From contig CAZWJU010000002.1 in assembly GCA_964634365.1 (NCBI GenBank), forward strand, positions 167,150 through 231,149: a DNA stretch of 64,000 bases. Direction: 5' to 3'. Position numbers and translations under genes: made by a program. This DNA is from an uncultured Candidatus Saccharibacteria bacterium. Lineage in GTDB: Bacteria > Patescibacteriota > Minisyncoccia > Phycocordibacterales > UBA9973. The notes under the pieces were generated by a model, which saw only the letters and a program-made list of their open reading frames with translations, had not been told where the DNA came from and did no database searches. This document shows, piece after piece, positions 58,653 through 64,000 of the stretch. Within the stretch, counting starts at the first letter, position 1, and every line of letters starts with the position of its first letter.

Positions 58653-59438
58653 ATGGATAAAAGAAAAGAAATTCTAATAGAGCTTGGACTTGGCAACCAT
58701 GAGGCACTCGTATACAGTGCTCTCTTGGAAGAGTCTTCTTGCGGTGCAACAAAACTTTCTAAAAAGGTAGGGCTAGCGCGAAGCAGTGTCTATACAACCC
58801 TTTCTGGTCTTATAAGTAAGGGTCTAGTGGGCGAGAAGAAGAGTGGTAGTACAACTGAATTTAAGGCAGGCTCAATTGAGGCATTAGAAACATATCTTGA
58901 AAAACAAAAAGCCAATTCTATAAGAAAATTAAATATATTATCTAGTTCAAAAAGCCTCTTAAAAATTGAAAAGATCGAACTAGATGAAAGTAAGCCCGAA
59001 ATAATTACTTTCTCAGGTGTAGATGGTCTCAAGCGTATTTACTTACAAATGCTTCGAGATGCAAAATCAGGAGATGAGCTTTTAATGATACGTGATGAAT
59101 TTGTATGGAATAGTAAATGGAGATTTATTTTTGAGCCACAGTGGCATATACGTGTAAGAAAAATCAGAAAAGAAAAAAATATTAAAGCAAAATTACTTGT
59201 GAACAACTCTAAGATCGAAAAATCTAAACAAAATTTTTATAAATCACGCAGGAGTACAACATTTAGATTTTTATCAAAAGATTTATGTTTGGAAAATTAT
59301 GCTGAATATATAATTGGTAATACTATGTGCGTACTATCCACGGAAAAAGATAATCCAGTAGGAATTTTTATCCGAAACAAGACTATGGCTAAAAATTCCG
59401 CTAGAATTTTTGAAAATATCTGGAAAAATTCTAAATAG
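58653..59438 (+). CDS. TrmB-family regulator
   Basis: LGL..HEALVY...RSSVY..L..L..KGLV; FSGVDGL. Confidence 0.85.
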   Translation: MDKRKEILIELGLGNHEALVYSALLEESSCGATKLSKKVGLARSSVYTTLSGLISKGLVGEKKSGSTTEFKAGSIEALETYLEKQKANSIRKLNILSSSKSLLKIEKIELDESKPEIITFSGVDGLKRIYLQMLRDAKSGDELLMIRDEFVWNSKWRFIFEPQWHIRVRKIRKEKNIKAKLLVNNSKIEKSKQNFYKSRRSTTFRFLSKDLCLENYAEYIIGNTMCVLSTEKDNPVGIFIRNKTMAKNSARIFENIWKNSK

Positions 59439-59440
59439 TT

Positions 59441-60208
59441 TTATTTTGCATGGGGTTTGGATGCACCCCAGAGGCCTTCGAAAACTGCACGCATTGTGTT
59501 TGCGTGCTCAGCTGAAGATATAAGGACTGCGTAGCACTCTTTCATAGAAGATACATACAAAGTAGAGTTGTCGAATATAAATATAGTAGTACTGAATTTG
59601 TCCTTCATAACACTCGGAAGTATTTGTACATCTGCAGCTTTTTCATAATATTTTTTAAAAATAGATTTCTCTATCTCACGTTCCCAGAGATTGCGTGTAT
59701 GGATATTGCGCTTTATTCTTTCCTCTACGAAACTTTTTACAAACTCCCCGCCGATATCCCAAAAAAAGTTTTTTGATGGTGCTATACAAAATATCTCCTT
59801 TTCTTTTACATACATTGTATCCATCACGACACGTTTGATAGCCTCTCTCCCTTCAAAGAATGAAACTTGAGGTTTTGTATTTTTGTCACTTTGTTTTTTT
59901 GACAGTAGAGGGGCAAGTTCTCCGATTTTTTCTGTGAGCATCATTGCTTCACTCTCTCGTTCGCGAGCTATAGCTACGAGACGTTCTGTGGGGGAGAGTG
60001 TAAAACCAGAATCATTTTCTTTTTTTGATTTTGAGATCAAACCTCTTTTTTCAAGAGAAGAAAGCGCATAGTAGACTGTTGGGCGCTTCATCTTGGTCAC
60101 CTTCAGTAAATCTCTGGCGCTGGTAGAACCGGCAACCATACTCAAATACACGGTAGTTTCGGACTCCGACAGACCAAGTTCTTTTAGATATTTTTCTGGG
60201 TCAATCAT
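59441..60208 (-). CDS. TrmB-family regulator
   Basis: LGLSESETTVY...RPTVYYAL..L..RGLI; FFEGREAI. Confidence 0.85.
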   Translation of the reverse strand: MIDPEKYLKELGLSESETTVYLSMVAGSTSARDLLKVTKMKRPTVYYALSSLEKRGLISKSKKENDSGFTLSPTERLVAIARERESEAMMLTEKIGELAPLLSKKQSDKNTKPQVSFFEGREAIKRVVMDTMYVKEKEIFCIAPSKNFFWDIGGEFVKSFVEERIKRNIHTRNLWEREIEKSIFKKYYEKAADVQILPSVMKDKFSTTIFIFDNSTLYVSSMKECYAVLISSAEHANTMRAVFEGLWGASKPHAK

Positions 60209-60292
60209 AGTTGTATAACGGTTATTATACAGCATTGTACAGATTTTGGCAAAGGGTTAGATTGGTAATAAAGATACTTAAAAATTAAATAT

Positions 60293-60895
60293 ATGAAACG
60301 CAAACCCATTGGTCTTACTGGAAATATCGGTTGTGGCAAGAGTACTGTTGCAGATTTTCTTAGAAAAAACGGCGCTATTGTTTTGGATATGGATTCTATG
60401 GCAAAGGAAATACTTTTCTCTTTACCAAAAGATTTTGTAAATCAAAAACTCGGAGCAGATGTGTTTTCTGAAAATAAGCTTGATACAAAAAAAGTAGCAC
60501 AGATTATTTTCAGTGACACAGGGAAGAGAAGAACACTAGAAGATATTGTCCACCCAAAGTTATGGGGAAAAATCGACAAGGTGATTGAATCTGTCGATAA
60601 CGAAACTCTAATATTTGTAGAGTCTGCAATTCTGTATGAAAAAGGTAGCGATAAAAACTGCGAACTTACTGTCGCTGTAACGTGTCCTAAAGATGTTCAA
60701 ATAAAAAGACTTTTAGATAAACGCGGTATGGCACTATCTGATATAGAGGCAAGAATTGCAACACAAATACCCAATAAGGAAAAAGAAAAAATGGCGCAGT
60801 TTGTTGTGTCGACTGACTGTGACTTATTCGAGTTAGAGGAAAGAGTAAAAACTTTATTTTTACAAATCAAAAACAAACAAGGAGGTAAAAAATGA
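60293..60895 (+). CDS. coaE: Dephospho-CoA kinase
   Basis: IGLTGNIGCGKST, LE.IVHP, Q..RL..R, RI..Q. Confidence 0.92.
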   Translation: MKRKPIGLTGNIGCGKSTVADFLRKNGAIVLDMDSMAKEILFSLPKDFVNQKLGADVFSENKLDTKKVAQIIFSDTGKRRTLEDIVHPKLWGKIDKVIESVDNETLIFVESAILYEKGSDKNCELTVAVTCPKDVQIKRLLDKRGMALSDIEARIATQIPNKEKEKMAQFVVSTDCDLFELEERVKTLFLQIKNKQGGKK

Positions 60896-61992
60896 AAAAG
60901 GCAATTTATACCGGAACTTTTGATCCGCCTACGCTTGGTCACGAATGGGTGATAGATCAATCAAGAAAAATTTTTCACAAAGTAATTGTGGTAATTGCAA
61001 TAAATTCTGAAAAGAAAACCATGTTCACAATAGACGAACGCAAAGCAATGCTTTTATCTATTACAAAAAATATGGAAAATGTCAGTATAGAGATTTGTTC
61101 CGATAAATTTATTGCAAATTTTGCAAAAGAGTTGGGTGCAGAATATGTAGTTCGTGGAGTACGAAGTAATCAAGACTTGGAATATGAAACCCTAATCCAA
61201 GAAGTAAACAGGAAGATCAACCCAAACTTACAACACGTGTATCTGGTCCCGCCTGCAAGTCTTGCTCACACGAGTTCATCTCTTGCAAAAGGTCTTGTTG
61301 GGCCAGAGGGGTGGGAAGGAGCGGTTAGTGAATACGTTTCGCACTCAGTTCTAGCAAGGCTAAAAGCTAAATTTGGCAAGAAAAGTAATTTGTGGAAAGC
61401 GCTGGAGGGGAGAAATGCGTCTGGGAGTGAAATAGAATTCTGGGATATGCTCAAATCCCCATACTATGAAACAGGGCGCTTCTATCACAACATGGACCAT
61501 ATAAATTCTATGCTTTGTGAAGTGGAAGATATAAAAAGATTTCTAATTGACCCGGAGGCAGTTGAGCTTGCAATATGGTTTCATGACAGAGTGTACGATA
61601 CAAAGGCGCTAGACAATGAACTAAAGAGTGCAGATGAAGGCTTTGAGATTATGAAAAAGTTTGGCTTATCAGAATTTTTCTGCAAATACATTCATCATTT
61701 TGTGCTCGTAACTGATCACAAAACTGTTCCACTCAATACTGATGAAAAATATATTGCTGACATAGATCTTGCGATCCTTGGAAAAGATACCGAGGAATTT
61801 GATGAATATGAAAAAAATATTCGCAAGGAATACTCTTGGGTTCCAGAGGAAACTTATCGTATTGAGCGCAAGAAAGTGCTTCAGTATTTTCTGAAAAGGG
61901 AATATATATACCACACTGAATATTTCATGGGTAAGTATGAAACAAAAGCTCGCGAAAATCTAAAGCGATCAATCGAAGTTCTTTCTAAGTAA
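60892..61992 (+). CDS. coaD: Phosphopantetheine adenylyltransferase fused to an HD phosphohydrolase domain
   Basis: AIYTGTFDPPTLGH, VRGVR, SSS; then RFYHNMDH, AIWFHD, DIDLAILG, IRKEY. Confidence 0.88.
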   Translation: MKKAIYTGTFDPPTLGHEWVIDQSRKIFHKVIVVIAINSEKKTMFTIDERKAMLLSITKNMENVSIEICSDKFIANFAKELGAEYVVRGVRSNQDLEYETLIQEVNRKINPNLQHVYLVPPASLAHTSSSLAKGLVGPEGWEGAVSEYVSHSVLARLKAKFGKKSNLWKALEGRNASGSEIEFWDMLKSPYYETGRFYHNMDHINSMLCEVEDIKRFLIDPEAVELAIWFHDRVYDTKALDNELKSADEGFEIMKKFGLSEFFCKYIHHFVLVTDHKTVPLNTDEKYIADIDLAILGKDTEEFDEYEKNIRKEYSWVPEETYRIERKKVLQYFLKREYIYHTEYFMGKYETKARENLKRSIEVLSK

Positions 61993-62025
61993 AAACAAAC
62001 CCCGCAATCGCGGGGTTTTAATTTT

Positions 62026-62700
62026 TTATTTTAACAAGAATCTGAGAGTAGAAACTAGACGAATCTTTTTATATTCAGGAGAGCCTGGGTCTTTGTCTGT
62101 AATATCAAACACTCCCTGGTTGCCGCGAGTCACACTTCCTACTCGACTACCTGCATTTTTAGCGAATTGTGAAGCTGTATCACGAGCATTTTTTATAGCC
62201 TCAGCAAGCATTTCTGGTTTTATACTGTTCAAATCTGAGAATTCAAATGAAATATAATTTTGGCTCAATACTACACCGTCTTTTACTAAAAGCAGAGTTT
62301 CATTTGAAGCTGATTTAGCCAAATCTACTTTTTTTGTGTATATAGCCACCTGGCTTGTTGAGTTGTATCTAAAAGCCGCATCTTTGTATGTATCTTGATA
62401 TATATTTACAGGTGCAACATTGATCTCAGATTCCTCAAATCCTTTCTCGACAAGAAACTTCTTTATTGTGGTTATGTTTTCTTCTATATCAGAATAAAGC
62501 GTGTCTACATTGTTTGACTTTACTTCAAAGCTCATAGACCAAATAGCCGTGTCTGCTTTTACGATTCTTTCTGATAGGCCCTTTACCTCAACATATGACC
62601 CTTGTTTGGAAAAATTGTGTGCAGCAAAAAAGAATACGAGAGAGAATATTACCAGAGCTCCGCTCAATATTAGTACCCAATTGTTTTTTAGTGTTTCCAT
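62026..62700 (-). CDS. SIMPL (DUF541) domain protein
   Basis: VEVKGLSER.V.AD, KPEML.EA..NAR..A.QFA, QG.F.I, KK.R.V. Confidence 0.85.
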   Translation of the reverse strand: METLKNNWVLILSGALVIFSLVFFFAAHNFSKQGSYVEVKGLSERIVKADTAIWSMSFEVKSNNVDTLYSDIEENITTIKKFLVEKGFEESEINVAPVNIYQDTYKDAAFRYNSTSQVAIYTKKVDLAKSASNETLLLVKDGVVLSQNYISFEFSDLNSIKPEMLAEAIKNARDTASQFAKNAGSRVGSVTRGNQGVFDITDKDPGSPEYKKIRLVSTLRFLLK

Positions 62701-62753
62701 ACTTTATATTATAGCACCAACACAGTATTGGGTCACCAACAGAAGGTGTGTAT

Positions 62754-63761
62754 TTATTCAGAAATTTTTTGCAGAAGCATTGTTGAATTATTCATAATAT
62801 ACATATTGTAACGTTCGGTTTTTAGTAGTTCAGAGACAGATTTTACCCAAGCGGATTTTCTGACTTCGAATTTTTCTGCTCTATCGAACATCTCGTGTCC
62901 ATCTCTTTTAAAATCTAGAAGAAATAATGGGTGGATTCTAAGTATTCCATTTACAGCTAGTAGATGATCTATGTTTTTGAACATATTTTCTATATCTTTT
63001 GCTGTTTCAAGATACATAGGTACAGACCATGTCGCCCATATCTCGTCAGCTTTTTCTATTCCAAAATTTTTTAATTCTTCACTTTCTGCTTCGAGGACAA
63101 TAGAGCGGTAATTTTTTCTTTGATTTTTGTCTTTATCTTCAAATTTTATAAATGAATCAATATTTACAATAGAAGATGGTTTTATGTCAGATTCTAAAAT
63201 CAGGTCGTTTATGGAATCCCCACCCCCGAGTAAAATAATCTTTTTGTTATCGAGGATTTTTCTCAAAAGTTCTTTTCTGTGTTCTTTGCTTAAACAATCT
63301 AAATCAAACAAGCTTTCAATCAACGGCGGTTTTTTACCTGGAACTTTTTTTGAAAAATCTCTATTGATTTCTGTTCTATCAAAATATTCTTCTCGATTTT
63401 GAATTTTATCTAGATCGTCTATCGGATTAGACATTTGATCTATAGACTGATTTAAGTGTCTCAATTCCTGATTTAAAAGAAGCACGGGCATTCTTTCTGG
63501 TGTTCTAGATTCTATTTTTTTAACTTCCTCCCAAATCAATGGCTCTATGATATCCCAATCAGCTACTAGCTCCTTCTCGTCTTTTCCGCTCAGATTTATC
63601 TTACTGAAAAGCACGCTAGAAGAAATATTTTCGACCACTCTATACAAATACATCTCAGAATTTTCATAAGGGAGTGATGTTATATTTTTGGACCACCAAT
63701 AATCCTTGTTTTCTGGTTTGGGTGTTTTATTTTTTGGGGTATCTTTGCCGAATTCATTCAT
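62754..63761 (-). CDS. Hypothetical protein with methyltransferase-like C-terminal fold
   Basis: IILLGGG, VNID, DEIWATWS, L..NG.LRI. Confidence 0.55.
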   Translation of the reverse strand: MNEFGKDTPKNKTPKPENKDYWWSKNITSLPYENSEMYLYRVVENISSSVLFSKINLSGKDEKELVADWDIIEPLIWEEVKKIESRTPERMPVLLLNQELRHLNQSIDQMSNPIDDLDKIQNREEYFDRTEINRDFSKKVPGKKPPLIESLFDLDCLSKEHRKELLRKILDNKKIILLGGGDSINDLILESDIKPSSIVNIDSFIKFEDKDKNQRKNYRSIVLEAESEELKNFGIEKADEIWATWSVPMYLETAKDIENMFKNIDHLLAVNGILRIHPLFLLDFKRDGHEMFDRAEKFEVRKSAWVKSVSELLKTERYNMYIMNNSTMLLQKISE

Positions 63762-63823
63762 AATAGTATTTTTATCATACTATATTGTAATAGTCCCGTC
63801 ATTTTGCTATTATGCCCTTGCAT

Positions 63824-64000
63824 ATACGTAAGTATATTGGAGGCGTGGCTGAGTGGAATAAATATAAACTGCTTTATATTTATTCCGAAGGAGGACAACC
63901 ACTTAGCCACGCTTCCCAAAGGGCGACAATACGTAAGTATATTGGAGGCGTGGCTGAGTGGAATAAATATAAACTGCTTTATATTTATTCCGAAGGAGGA
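63824..64000 (+). repeat. 105-bp tandem repeat containing a tRNA-Ser-like 5' end, an ACTGCT hairpin and an antisense copy (truncated by window end)
   Basis: Units start at 63824 and 63929; GGAGGCGTGGCTGAGTGG, 14-bp perfect stem, CCACTTAGCCACGCTTCC. Confidence 0.8.

Noticed and set aside
63824-64000. CRISPR array
   Set aside because: Units are identical along their whole visible length with no variable spacers, and no cas genes are in the window.
1-64000. Alternative genetic code (UGA=Gly)
   Set aside because: Conserved genes are full length in code 11, and TGA is used as a stop (coaE, ECF sigma).

Overview
Low-GC bacterial chromosome segment (genetic code 11) whose gene content and layout fit Patescibacteria/CPR, probably Parcubacteria (inference). 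It holds the jag-yidC-yidD-rnpA-rpmH / dnaA-oriC-dnaN region; housekeeping genes (HU, cca, xth, xer recombinase, rpsO, pnp, tyrS, ruvA/B/C, PilB/GspE, tsaE, polA, holA, mutM, rpsT); seven complete tRNA genes without encoded CCA; a parS cluster; four TrmB-like regulators; and accessory islands, some with Bacteroidota-like genes. The most unusual signals are non-coding. (1) A family of 100-200 bp hairpin elements follows 6 of the 7 tRNA genes, sits at a tRNA-Ser-like 5' end (tandemly repeated) and occurs at one non-tRNA site. The copies share loop motifs and core words but carry locus-specific inverted and direct copies of the neighbouring sequence. (2) Two near-identical divergent sigma70 promoters drive two ORF-less structured transcripts, one at least 480 nt long. 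(3) Three further promoter-to-terminator units have no long ORF. All calls come from reading the sequence; no database search was run.
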